From a virus: a DNA stretch of 64,000 nt. The stretch is from positions 1 to 64,000 of IMG/VR virus record IMGVR_UViG_3300017766_005733, one strand, 5' to 3'. A model generated the notes under the pieces. That model saw nothing but the letters and a program-made list of their open reading frames with translations, was not told where the DNA came from and did not search any database. Position 1 is the stretch's first letter; each line of letters begins with the position of its first letter. Positions 1-8,207 of the stretch are shown piece after piece. Position numbers and translations under genes: made by a program.

Positions 1-417
1 GCCATCGATCTCGCGACCCAGTGACTTGAGTTCATTGCGCTGGTCCGCCACGGCCTTCTTTGTCGCATCGACAAGGACCTTCATGGCGTCTTTGGAGCCA
101 GTGGCGATGGCACCCAGTGCCACCCGGTTGTCTTGGAGGTTCTTTACCAGACCCCCCATGAGTCCCTGACCGGCGCCTTGAGGCAGCGCCGGGCCCATGG
201 CCCTGCCAGCAGCTAGACTGCTGACGGCCCCACCAAGGATCTGGGGATCATTACGTCCAACCGTTGATCCAACGGCGGTAATGGCCGCCATGGTACGCTG
301 GCTTTGGCTGAGACGATCAAGGGCGGAGGTCATCTCCTTGACCAGACCCATGCCGCGGCGGAACGATGCCTCGTCTACGCCCAGCCCGAGTCTGATTTCC
401 TTGTTCTCATTCGCCAT
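1..417 (-). CDS. Probable tape measure protein, N-terminal part (runs off the left edge)
   Basis: Manual translation from the ATG at 417 gives MANENKEIRLGLGVDEASFRRGMGLVKEMTSALDRL..., open to position 1. It is helical and A/G/L-rich, and is the next co-oriented gene after the tail chaperone pair. Not in the ORF track because it is truncated. Confidence 0.6.
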   Translation of the reverse strand, partial: MANENKEIRLGLGVDEASFRRGMGLVKEMTSALDRLSQSQRTMAAITAVGSTVGRNDPQILGGAVSSLAAGRAMGPALPQGAGQGLMGGLVKNLQDNRVALGAIATGSKDAMKVLVDATKKAVADQRNELKSLGREIDG

Positions 418-580
418 CGCCAGCATCCCCTGTCGGCTTCCCCGATACCGTCCCCAAGGGACGCCATCAGTAGAGGCTCCGATTGACAACCGAGTCAACG
501 CGGGAGCCTAGAAGCGCCAGCAAGCGCCTCCGGCTCCCGGAAGATTGGCGTTGACCGTCGGCTTCTCCCCTGATAGCCTC

Positions 581-901
581 ATGCCCATGCTGACACCCGC
601 AATCATGGCCACCAAACACCTGACGTCCTTCGACATCATCAGCCTCATGTCGCTGCCCGTGGGCAGGGAGTTGATCAGCGTACAGACGAACATGGGCTTT
701 GATACAGTGTATGGCTTTATGCTGTATTCGCTGGGGGCAGTGAGGCTGTACTGGATTCCGGGCGGCGTCTCGGAGTCGTTCGTGGTTGTACGTCATCTCA
801 CGGGCGTCAACGTACAGCTGGCGACGGCGTCGACGGTCGCCGATGCCGCCGATGCCTTCAACGCCGCGAAGTTTGAAGAAGCCCTGCACTGGAACTTTTG
901 A
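581..901 (+). CDS. Hypothetical phage protein
   Basis: ORF 545..901 with a likely ATG at 581 or 587; followed closely by the next co-oriented gene with an SD. Confidence 0.6.
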   Translation: MPMLTPAIMATKHLTSFDIISLMSLPVGRELISVQTNMGFDTVYGFMLYSLGAVRLYWIPGGVSESFVVVRHLTGVNVQLATASTVADAADAFNAAKFEEALHWNF

Positions 902-911
902 GGAGAGAGCC

Positions 912-1217
912 ATGAAGTCTAAAGAAGAACCCTTTGTCATCTTCCTGCCCCGCCACGGCTTTGCCATCAGCAAGCGGCGGAAGTTCGTGTACACCACTGA
1001 CCTCAGCGAGGCCTCGATGTGGGTCGATCGTCGGCTGGCGGCGCTGGCGCTGACCGACATCCGCCCGGAGGCCGCCGACCAGCGGCGGGCGGTGGCCGAG
1101 GCGCAGGTGCTGACGGTGTCGGAGGCCATGGCCGCCTACCGCGAGTGGCAGCGGCAGGTGGAGTTGATGCGCCGCGGCGCCCCCGTGTCCTACCGCGACC
1201 GCGTCGATTGTGGTTGA
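912..1217 (+). CDS. Hypothetical phage protein (MKSKEEPF...)
   Basis: GAGGAG SD just upstream of the ATG at 912; GC3-rich codons. Confidence 0.65.
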   Translation: MKSKEEPFVIFLPRHGFAISKRRKFVYTTDLSEASMWVDRRLAALALTDIRPEAADQRRAVAEAQVLTVSEAMAAYREWQRQVELMRRGAPVSYRDRVDCG

Positions 1218-1242
1218 CGGGCTGTTGATCGTCGGCTACAGT
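1214..1242 (+). promoter_or_regulatory. Sigma70-type promoter, leaderless geometry
   Basis: TTGACG-17nt-TACAGT, then 7 nt to the ATG at 1250; no SD. Confidence 0.75.
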
Positions 1243-1249
1243 CGACGAC

Positions 1250-2020
1250 ATGAACAACACCCCCATCCACATCGTTGATGGCGTCGACCTCGCTGCCCTT
1301 GTGCCCCACTTCTGGCGGGCACTGGGGCAGCATCCTTTGGCGGATAAGCGGCAGGCGCTTCGGGCGCCGCCGACGGTCACTTGGATCCGGCTTCAGCACC
1401 GCGGACGGCTGCGCGACATTGAGCCGCGGTACGTCCGGGGCATGAGTTGGTGGCGCCAGCACACGGTGCGCATGAGCGTTGGCGCCAAGGCGCCGTTGGC
1501 GGATGTCATGGAGATGCTGCTCCATGAACTGACCCACAACATGCGCCCGGCCCTCGATAAGCACAGCCTCGACTTCCGCCGGCTGCTGGCCGACACCGCC
1601 AACAGCCTCTGGGGCCTTGGCGTCAAGAACTACCCCACCCGCAACCAATACAGCGTCGACGACGTCTTGGCGCGTCAGCTGGCGATTGCCCTCGGCAGCG
1701 AGTGGAAGCCGACGCGCCGGACGCCGACGCTGAAGGCGATTGCCGATGAGGAGAGGCCGAAGGTGGCGGCTTCTGTCACCGCCGACGGCCGGCTGCAGTA
1801 CCCCCGCCCGGTGACGGAGCCTGCCGCCGACATCAAGCCCCTGAGGCTGTCGGCCTTCGACCTGTCGAAGCTGAATGTCGACACCCGCGTCCGCGCCTTC
1901 TACGGCCAGCGCTCCTTCACCTACACCAAGACGGCAGGTGGCTGGAAGGCGGGCTGCAGCGACCCCATCGCCAGTCGTCTGCTGGCGGATATGGCCGATG
2001 CCGTCTATGTTGATGCTTGA
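1250..2020 (+). CDS. SprT-like zinc metalloprotease domain protein
   Basis: LLHELTH (HExxH) followed by H..F (KHSLDF), the SprT-like pattern. Confidence 0.7.
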   Translation: MNNTPIHIVDGVDLAALVPHFWRALGQHPLADKRQALRAPPTVTWIRLQHRGRLRDIEPRYVRGMSWWRQHTVRMSVGAKAPLADVMEMLLHELTHNMRPALDKHSLDFRRLLADTANSLWGLGVKNYPTRNQYSVDDVLARQLAIALGSEWKPTRRTPTLKAIADEERPKVAASVTADGRLQYPRPVTEPAADIKPLRLSAFDLSKLNVDTRVRAFYGQRSFTYTKTAGGWKAGCSDPIASRLLADMADAVYVDA

Positions 2021-2046
2021 CGGCTGGCCGGTGAATGGCTTAGGAT
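2017..2046 (+). promoter_or_regulatory. Sigma70-type promoter, leaderless geometry
   Basis: TTGACG-18nt-TAGGAT, then 7 nt to the ATG at 2054. Confidence 0.7.
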
Positions 2047-2053
2047 GAGGGCC

Positions 2054-2371
2054 ATGAACTACGACGACTGGAAGACGACGCCGCCTGCGGAACCCACCGA
2101 CGCCCAGATCGAGGAGGCCATGGAGGCCATTATTGGCCGCCTCAGCGCCCTTGACCTGCTGACGCTCCCCGACGTTCAGCTGGTGATGACGCGCGTCTAC
2201 GCCAAGTATCTGGCGGACTTCGCGGCCGCCGAGGTGCTTGATGCCGAGGAGGCGGTCGGCGAGTTCTTCTTTGGCGTCAGCGCCGAGGAGGTCATCAGCG
2301 CCCACCCGGAGGTGCGGGCTGTGGCTCAGGAGGCGCTGCTGCAGGAGGCCATCGACGAGGCCGCCGGCTAA
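2054..2371 (+). CDS. Acidic hypothetical protein (MNYDDWK...)
   Basis: ORF 2045..2371; start placed at 2054 from promoter geometry; Glu/Asp/Ala-rich. Confidence 0.7.
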   Translation: MNYDDWKTTPPAEPTDAQIEEAMEAIIGRLSALDLLTLPDVQLVMTRVYAKYLADFAAAEVLDAEEAVGEFFFGVSAEEVISAHPEVRAVAQEALLQEAIDEAAG

Positions 2372-2931
2372 CCCTCGTCCCACTTCTTCATCAGATCCTC
2401 GATCTCCTTGGGATCGTTGACGAAGTTGACGCTGAAGCCCTCGATGGGCTTCTCCTCATAGTCCGGCAGCTGGCTGTCCTTTTCCGTCGGCCTCTTGGCG
2501 CCCTTGGCCGAGGCGGGTGCGGAGGCAGCCGGCGCGTTCTTCTTCGCCAGTCGCTCCTGCTCCTCTTGCTCGACCTGCCGCAGCCACGCCTCGTCGGCGT
2601 CGACTGCCTCGCTGTCCTTGGCCTCACGCTGCCGGCGCTCTTCGTCGGTCTCGCGCAGGCGCTTGATGACGGCCTCGCGCTCATCCGCCTCCATGTCCTC
2701 GTACTGGCTCTCCCAGTAGTGGAGCAGGACGTCATCGAGCGGCAAGTCGGCCACCTCATGGAGGGGCGTGGAGAAGGTCTTGGAGTACCAACGGAAGACG
2801 GTGCGCAGGAAGTAGTCGCCGTCGGCCTCCAGCTTGTCACGATACTCGGGCTGCGCAGCGGCGACGGCGCGCATGGCCGCGACCTGTAGGCCGCGGAACC
2901 AGTTCCATCCGTCGCCCTTGCGCGGTGCCAT
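2368..2931 (-). CDS. Tail assembly chaperone, second (T-like) part
   Basis: Starts 5 nt after the upstream chaperone stop, in its -1 frame; RWYSKTF...HEV motif; lies upstream of the tape measure candidate. Confidence 0.65.
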   Translation of the reverse strand: MAPRKGDGWNWFRGLQVAAMRAVAAAQPEYRDKLEADGDYFLRTVFRWYSKTFSTPLHEVADLPLDDVLLHYWESQYEDMEADEREAVIKRLRETDEERRQREAKDSEAVDADEAWLRQVEQEEQERLAKKNAPAASAPASAKGAKRPTEKDSQLPDYEEKPIEGFSVNFVNDPKEIEDLMKKWDEG

Positions 2932-2936
2932 GGCCC

Positions 2937-3350
2937 TCAGGCCTTTTCGTCACCGAGGGTGCCGAGGCTGCGCAGGTCATCCTGCGCCTGCTGCGCCTTG
3001 GCCTTGTTCTTGGCGTCGGTCTTCTTCTCCAGATCCACGACCGCCTCGTACAGCGCCTTCAGCGGCGACATGTCCTCAAGTTCCTGCCCGTTGCCCTTGG
3101 TCGCCCACCAGTCGGGGGCCTTGACGATGCGCACGCGCAGCTGCGCCAGCACCTCGGCGATCTCCAGCACCCGCGGGCTCGCGAACTGGGGGTTGCTTTC
3201 GCCGATGTAGAAGCGGAAGTAGTTGTCCAGCTTCAGGCGGTCCATCATGCTCAGGCGGCTCTTGAGGACGAAGTCGCCGGTCCACGTTTCGCCGGTGACG
3301 TCGCCGACGGCATGCAGGTGGAAGGGCACGGTATCCGGATTCGCGGTCAT
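2937..3350 (-). CDS. Tail assembly chaperone (G-like)
   Basis: 137 aa with G.F...R and P.WW motifs; lies between tail tube and tape measure in gene order; ends GAC GAA AAG GCC TGA. Confidence 0.65.
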   Translation of the reverse strand: MTANPDTVPFHLHAVGDVTGETWTGDFVLKSRLSMMDRLKLDNYFRFYIGESNPQFASPRVLEIAEVLAQLRVRIVKAPDWWATKGNGQELEDMSPLKALYEAVVDLEKKTDAKNKAKAQQAQDDLRSLGTLGDEKA

Positions 3351-3482
3351 CTCTGCTCCATGGCTGGGGACTCAGCCAGCCGATAGCACTTGTTGGGGGT
3401 GGAGGACAGCGAGCCAAGCGAGCGTAGGGGCTTGGTGACGCCGCTGTCGTATGCTAAGATTGTCGTCAGGAGGATCGACACC

Positions 3483-3707
3483 GTGACGCTGAAGAGTTTT
3501 GAGGGCAATGACGCAGAGACCAACCGCCGTCGCCAGCGAGTCGCCGGCAAGCGACAGCTGCAGAACCTGCTGGATGACGAGGACGCCGACGAGACGCCAG
3601 AGGAGCGCGAGTTTCGTCTGGAGCAGGAGGAACTGAAGCGGCTGGACAGCGACCTCAAGGTCGACGCGGCGGTCGAGGTCTTGGCGAAGGACGAAGAAGC
3701 AGCCTGA
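3483..3707 (+). CDS. Small charged hypothetical protein
   Basis: AGGAGG SD before the GTG at 3483; TGCTAAGAT extended -10 upstream. Confidence 0.55.
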   Translation: MTLKSFEGNDAETNRRRQRVAGKRQLQNLLDDEDADETPEEREFRLEQEELKRLDSDLKVDAAVEVLAKDEEAA

Positions 3708-3766
3708 GACAATAGGCTTCTCGTATCGCGACAGTAAACGCCGCTTTCTTTTGCCGGCGGGGAAAT

Positions 3767-3799
3767 AAAGGAGGCTTTACCAGCCTCCTTTTCCTTTTT
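3767..3799 (+). terminator. Intrinsic terminator (possibly bidirectional)
   Basis: AAAGGAGGCT-ttacc-AGCCTCCTTT stem followed by a T-rich tract. Confidence 0.75.
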
Positions 3800-3821
3800 G
3801 AGGGCAACGCGAAGATGATGC

Positions 3822-3850
3822 TTGACAGCCGGCTCAGCCTCCTATAGACT
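3822..3850 (+). promoter_or_regulatory. Sigma70-type promoter, leaderless geometry
   Basis: TTGACA-17nt-TAGACT, then 6 nt to the ATG at 3857. Confidence 0.8.
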
Positions 3851-3856
3851 GAGCCC

Positions 3857-4135
3857 ATGAACAACACCAAACTCACCGCCGCCGAGTTCGATGCCATCGC
3901 CACCATCCTCGCCTACGGTGGCAAGGTGACCGCGCACATGGGTCGCAAAGGCCCCGGAGAGGTCAACAAGTCGCTGCTGCTCAACATGCAGGAGCGCGGG
4001 CTTGTGCGGCTGTTGGGCTACGGTGCTGACTACTACCTCCGTTCAGGCCCTGCTCGCGTCAACGTCGAGGTGCGTGCTGCCGCGTGCGTGGCGTTCAACG
4101 CCGAGCAGGGCCGCCGTGCCCTCGCCACCCTCTGA
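3857..4135 (+). CDS. Hypothetical protein, possibly winged-helix-like
   Basis: 92 aa ORF directly after the promoter; LLNMQERGLV motif. Confidence 0.65.
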   Translation: MNNTKLTAAEFDAIATILAYGGKVTAHMGRKGPGEVNKSLLLNMQERGLVRLLGYGADYYLRSGPARVNVEVRAAACVAFNAEQGRRALATL

Positions 4136-4157
4136 CCTTCAGCCATCAAGGAGTCAT

Positions 4158-4394
4158 ATGCTCGCGACACAACGCCGCGCCCTGCAGGCGTACGAAGACG
4201 AAGTGGCCGCCCACGGCTACATCACCGAGGCCGCCAACGCCCTCGCCTACGATCATCACCTGCGGCCGCTGCAGCAGCTGCGAGCCGGGGAACGCGGCGC
4301 CCAGCGCTGGCGGCAGCAGCGGGATGAGGCAAAACGGCAGTGCGAAGCCGCCGGAGACCTCAAGACGTTCCTTGACGCGATGTTTGCGAGATAG
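4158..4394 (+). CDS. Hypothetical protein (MLATQRR...)
   Basis: AAGGAG SD before the ATG at 4158. Confidence 0.65.
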   Translation: MLATQRRALQAYEDEVAAHGYITEAANALAYDHHLRPLQQLRAGERGAQRWRQQRDEAKRQCEAAGDLKTFLDAMFAR

Positions 4395-4397
4395 TTG

Positions 4398-4425
4398 TTG
4401 ACAGCCGCCACGCTCCTGATATGGT
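4398..4425 (+). promoter_or_regulatory. Sigma70-type promoter, leaderless geometry
   Basis: TTGACA-16nt-TATGGT, then 7 nt to the ATG at 4433. Confidence 0.7.
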
Positions 4426-4432
4426 GCCACTC

Positions 4433-5089
4433 ATGAACAACACCGACACCGTCATCGAGACCGCCACCTTCAACGTCCCCGAGAGCCGCATCGAGTGGCT
4501 GAAGGCCGAGATGGCCAAGCTGACGAAGCGCGCCAACAAGATCGGCTGCGCGGCGCCGACGATGACCGTCGACGGCGAAAAGATGGTGGAGAAGAAGGAC
4601 GAGGACGGCATCGTCACCTACGTCAAGTATTTCTCGGTTGTCGTCAGCGGTCAGGCGCCGCGCATCGCCGGCTGGACGTTCGTGGCCACCCTCGACCACG
4701 CCGATGGCGAGGTCATGCTGCGCACTCACCCCAGCTTTGAGGGTCAGCTGCCGACGCGCTTCCGCTGCGCCGACCCCCGCAACTGCGACCACTGCCGCGT
4801 CGCGCGCCAGCGCAACGAGACCTTCGTGCTGCGCAACGACGCCACCGGCGACTTCCAGCAGATCGGCCGCCAGTGCCTGCGCGACTTCCTCGGTCACGAG
4901 AACCCCATGGCCGTGGCCTCGGTCGCCGAACTCCTCTGGGACATCTGCGAGACCGCCGCGGCCTCGGAAGACGAGCCCGGTGGCGGTCGCGGTGGCAACT
5001 ACGTCGACATCGGGGAGTACCTGTCCTTCGTCGCCGCCGCCATCCGTAACGATGGCTGGCTGAGCCGCAAGGCCGCCAACCAGTTCTGA
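4433..5089 (+). CDS. Conserved phage protein, N-terminal half (CDHC...GRQC putative zinc site)
   Basis: CDHC-x-R-x-R...QIGRQCLRDFLG motif; strong codon bias; same frame as the following ORF. Confidence 0.75.
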   Translation: MNNTDTVIETATFNVPESRIEWLKAEMAKLTKRANKIGCAAPTMTVDGEKMVEKKDEDGIVTYVKYFSVVVSGQAPRIAGWTFVATLDHADGEVMLRTHPSFEGQLPTRFRCADPRNCDHCRVARQRNETFVLRNDATGDFQQIGRQCLRDFLGHENPMAVASVAELLWDICETAAASEDEPGGGRGGNYVDIGEYLSFVAAAIRNDGWLSRKAANQF

Positions 5090-5097
5090 GGCTGGCC

Positions 5098-5142
5098 GAC
5101 ACTCGCGGGAAGTCACGGTTGTCGTGACTTTCTGCGAGTGTT
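5098..5142 (+). other. 20-bp RNA hairpin between two in-frame ORFs
   Basis: Arms 5098-5117 and 5123-5142 pair fully as RNA on the + strand (17 Watson-Crick plus 3 G-U pairs), with a 5-nt loop. Confidence 0.8.
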
Positions 5143-5145
5143 TGC

Positions 5146-5174
5146 TTGACAGTCGCCCGCAATCCCCGTAAGCT
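5146..5174 (+). promoter_or_regulatory. Sigma70-type promoter (leadered)
   Basis: TTGACA-17nt-TAAGCT; AAGGAG SD before the ATG at 5198. Confidence 0.7.
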
Positions 5175-5197
5175 GCCTTCACCAAGGAGAGCCGCAT

Positions 5198-5866
5198 ATG
5201 AAGACCGCCACCGCCGACCTCGCCCTCAACGTCATGTTCAGCCGCAACCCCGAGCGCCGCCTGTTTCAGGAAGCCGGCTACTTCCCCAACGACGACGACA
5301 TGCAGCTGGCCGTCAAGGCGCTGGCGTGGGCGCGCGAGACCTTCGGCGCCAAGCCCGTGGAAGAGCGCAGCGACTTTGAGCACAACATGGCCGTGGCCTC
5401 CAAGGGCAACGTGCTCAACCTCAAGAACAGCGGCCTCGCCGCCTACATCATCGCCGGCTACCTCAAGGAGCAGGAGCGTCTGGCCCGCGCCAAGGCCTTC
5501 CGCGGCCGCGACATGACGGCCAGCAAGCACTTCGGCGCCGTCGGCGAGAAGCTGATGCTGCAGGCCGTGGTGGTTGGCGTCAAGAAGATCGAGGGCTTCT
5601 ACGGCACGACGACGATGATCAAGCTGCTGACCGAGGACGGCAACGTCGCCGTGTGGTTCGCCAGCAACGCCCCCGAGGCCCTTGAGAAGGCCATGGAGAC
5701 CGAGGAGCCGGCGACCTTCACCATCGTCGCCACCGTCAAGGACCACGACGACTACAAGGACATCAAGCAGACCCAGCTGACGCGCTGCAAGGTCGTCGAG
5801 GCCGCCGACGTCGAGAAGGAGGCCAAGAAGCTGGCGAAGGAGAAGGCCAAGAAGGCCAAGGGCTGA
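5198..5866 (+). CDS. Conserved phage protein, C-terminal half with OB-fold-like domain
   Basis: SKHFGAVGEK...FYG...GNVAVWFAS...TVKDH..Y...KQTQLTRC pattern. Confidence 0.75.
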   Translation: MKTATADLALNVMFSRNPERRLFQEAGYFPNDDDMQLAVKALAWARETFGAKPVEERSDFEHNMAVASKGNVLNLKNSGLAAYIIAGYLKEQERLARAKAFRGRDMTASKHFGAVGEKLMLQAVVVGVKKIEGFYGTTTMIKLLTEDGNVAVWFASNAPEALEKAMETEEPATFTIVATVKDHDDYKDIKQTQLTRCKVVEAADVEKEAKKLAKEKAKKAKG

Positions 5867-5873
5867 GGGGTAG

Positions 5874-5905
5874 GGGGCCGCCGACGAGGCGGCCCCGGTC
5901 TTTCT
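5874..5905 (+). terminator. Intrinsic terminator
   Basis: GGGGCCGCC-gacga-GGCGGCCCC followed by gtctttct, just after the stop at 5866. Confidence 0.6.
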
Positions 5906-5975
5906 GGCGGCAATCTTGGCTTGAGTGCTATCATGGCACTGAAGGCTAAGGCCTCAGAAGGGCGTGGGAAAAGAA

Positions 5976-6565
5976 TGGCGAGCCGCAAGACCAAGAACAT
6001 GAAGGCGATGATCGTCAGCAACCTGTCTTTCAACTTGGTCATCGCCATGGAAAGAGAGATGTTGTATTATAGCGATCAGATGCTCTACAACGCCGCCCGC
6101 AGCGCCGCCCTCCACAACGATCTGGAGCAGAAGCTGCTGGCGTGGGGCGACCTCGCTGAGATGGCGCTGCGGCACCAGAACCTGCACGAGCAGATCCTCG
6201 GCAGCCTGAAGTCAGTGAAGGAGGAGCAGGAGGAGTTGCCGGAGGAGGACCGCGAGAGCCCCGACAAGGAGACGCTGGTCTGCCGCTTCCCCTCGGAATA
6301 CTTCGACACCATCGCCCGTGCCTTCAACAGCCCCTTCCTTGACCTGAAGGAGCAGGAGCACACCCTCAACTACTGGCATCAGGTGCAGGGTGATGAGCAG
6401 GAGAAGGCGGCGATGGCGGAGCAGCATCGCACCCTCATCCGCTGCCTGAAGTCGGCGCAACCGACGTTCGTCGAGATCGAGGACGACGACGATGACGAAG
6501 AGACGATCTCTGACTCGTCCCTGCTGCACCTCGTGACGATGCCCAAGCCACGAATCGTACATTGA
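5976..6565 (+). CDS. Hypothetical helical, acidic protein
   Basis: ORF 5921..6565; start uncertain (5933, 5976 or 5999). Confidence 0.65.
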
Positions 6566-6590
6566 CAGCCGGCTGCCGGTCGGATAGCGT
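6562..6590 (+). promoter_or_regulatory. Sigma70-type promoter, leaderless geometry
   Basis: TTGACA-17nt-TAGCGT, then 6 nt to the ATG at 6597. Confidence 0.75.
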
Positions 6591-6596
6591 CGGTGC

Positions 6597-6899
6597 ATGA
6601 CCAAGATCATGCACACGGCCTTCGCCAACAGCCTTGCTCAGTTCAACGTCCTCGCCCACCTCCTTCGGGAGGGCAGCGACTCGCGCTCCAATACCATCCT
6701 CGCCGTTGGCCGGCGACTGGCGCTGAAGGACAAGGCGCCAGAAGACGATGTGCTGCGCGTCGTCTCGATTGCCATCAACATCGCCATCGACATCGGCTAC
6801 ATCGACCAAGCCAGCGGCTACCGGCTGCGGATCACGGACGCCGGCCGGGCGATGGCGGAGAAGTTCTTCGCGCTCGTCGTGGATGACGGGAGGCGCTGA
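6597..6899 (+). CDS. Putative winged-helix DNA-binding protein
   Basis: C-terminal GYI...LRITDAGR wing motif. Confidence 0.6.
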   Translation: MTKIMHTAFANSLAQFNVLAHLLREGSDSRSNTILAVGRRLALKDKAPEDDVLRVVSIAINIAIDIGYIDQASGYRLRITDAGRAMAEKFFALVVDDGRR

Positions 6900-6959
6900 A
6901 TCGGCCCCAACCTTGAAAATATGGCGGCGCTTTGCCGCTTTGAAAGGGGCTGGTATCTT

Positions 6960-7658
6960 ATGAAGCGACTGATCGTTGCCCTTGCTCTGTTCCTTGGCTG
7001 TCAGCCGGTGGCCGCCAATCCGCCGCTGGAGCCCGATGCCTCGCTGATGGAGGCGGCGATGGCGCTGGAGGCCGCCGAGGCCCAGCCGCAGCTGAAGACC
7101 ATCATCCTCACCGACAAGCCCACCAAAGTGGCACAGGTGGTCCTCGACGTCGCCATCACCGATGAGGCGGCGCGGGCGTTGGAGAACAGCCTGCAGTCGC
7201 TGCCCGGTGACCTCGACTACGTCCTGCTGGTCATCGACAGCCCCGGAGGCCTGCTGTCGGCGAGCAGGGACATGGCGCGCATCATCGAGAGCCACCCCCA
7301 GCGCCTCGCCTGCATCGTCGATGGCGTTGCGGCCTCAGGGGCCTACTACATCCTGCAGTCGTGCTCGATGCGCATGATGACGAGCCGCAGCAACCTGATG
7401 CTGCATGAGGCCTTCAGCGGCGGTGCGCCTGAGACAGCGAACGAAGCCGCGGCGCTGATGGCCATCAACGCCTCGATGGCCTACCAGCAGTGCCACCGGC
7501 TGAAGATGTCAGTCGGCGACTGCCACGCCCGCTACAGTGGCGGCAGGGAGTGGTGGATGACGCCTGAGCAGGCTCTGGCCGCCGGCGCCATCGACACCAT
7601 CGTCGACACGCCCATGCAGGTGATGCTGGCGCTTGGAGAGGCTCAGCCCCCAAAGTAA
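6960..7658 (+). CDS. ClpP/crotonase-fold serine protease with an N-terminal signal or lipoprotein peptide
   Basis: IDSPGG, VAASGA (Ser), LMLHEA (His) and WMTPEQAL..G.ID motifs; N-terminus MKRLIVALALFLGC. Confidence 0.85.
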   Translation: MKRLIVALALFLGCQPVAANPPLEPDASLMEAAMALEAAEAQPQLKTIILTDKPTKVAQVVLDVAITDEAARALENSLQSLPGDLDYVLLVIDSPGGLLSASRDMARIIESHPQRLACIVDGVAASGAYYILQSCSMRMMTSRSNLMLHEAFSGGAPETANEAAALMAINASMAYQQCHRLKMSVGDCHARYSGGREWWMTPEQALAAGAIDTIVDTPMQVMLALGEAQPPK

Positions 7659-7686
7659 TCCTACATGTAAGTGCTATCCAACCTGC

Positions 7687-7706
7687 AGCCCCCGAAAGGG
7701 GGCTTT
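7687..7706 (+). terminator. Hairpin terminator
   Basis: AGCCCCC-gaaa-GGGGGCT followed by TT. Confidence 0.55.
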
Positions 7707-7716
7707 GAGGATTTAC

Positions 7717-8052
7717 ATGAAAGACCTTCGCGTTGCCTTCCTCGCCCTGCGTATGTGGCTGTCCCTGCGCCTGCGCTCGCTGATGGAGTGCCTGAATCCG
7801 CCTCCGGTCAAGGAAGACTACAGCCCCGCCTACCATCGCCCGGCGACTCGCGTGATCTGGACAGAGCCGGCGGACGATGCCTGCAGGACCCACGTCACGC
7901 GCTCGTGCTCGATCGCCGAGGCCGTGGCCATGCAGAAGGCGGTGGCGGCTCGTCGCGGCGTCTACTACGTCACCGACCGCGAGGCGCTGGAGGACTTTCT
8001 GGTCATTCACTGGGCGGACGTCGAGAATCTTGACTGGAGCAAGTTGGACTGA
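7717..8052 (+). CDS. Hypothetical protein (MKDLRVAF...)
   Basis: GAGG SD before the ATG at 7717. Confidence 0.6.
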   Translation: MKDLRVAFLALRMWLSLRLRSLMECLNPPPVKEDYSPAYHRPATRVIWTEPADDACRTHVTRSCSIAEAVAMQKAVAARRGVYYVTDREALEDFLVIHWADVENLDWSKLD

Positions 8053-8066
8053 CGCCCCGGAGGCAT

Positions 8067-8207
8067 ATGACCGTCCTCTCCAGCATCCTCGCGGCCCTGC
8101 AGATCCTCCTCTGCGGCATCAGTGCAGAGGAGGATCGCTCTCAGTTTTGGCTGGAGTGCCATCAGGTCGGCGACAACGCCTACACCTGCGATGGCGGCCG
8201 GCTCTGA
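8067..8207 (+). CDS. Small hypothetical peptide (MTVLSSILAALQILLCG...)
   Basis: GGAGG SD before the ATG at 8067; 46 codons; hydrophobic N-terminus; partly overlaps a minus-strand ORF. Confidence 0.45.
   Translation: MTVLSSILAALQILLCGISAEEDRSQFWLECHQVGDNAYTCDGGRL

Noticed and set aside
5084-5200. T4 gene 60-style translational bypass or simple stop read-through across the split gene
   Set aside because: The only matching TTC near the landing zone (5178-5180) is out of frame with the downstream ORF, a second in-frame TGA lies at 5147-5149, and the downstream ORF has its own promoter and SD.
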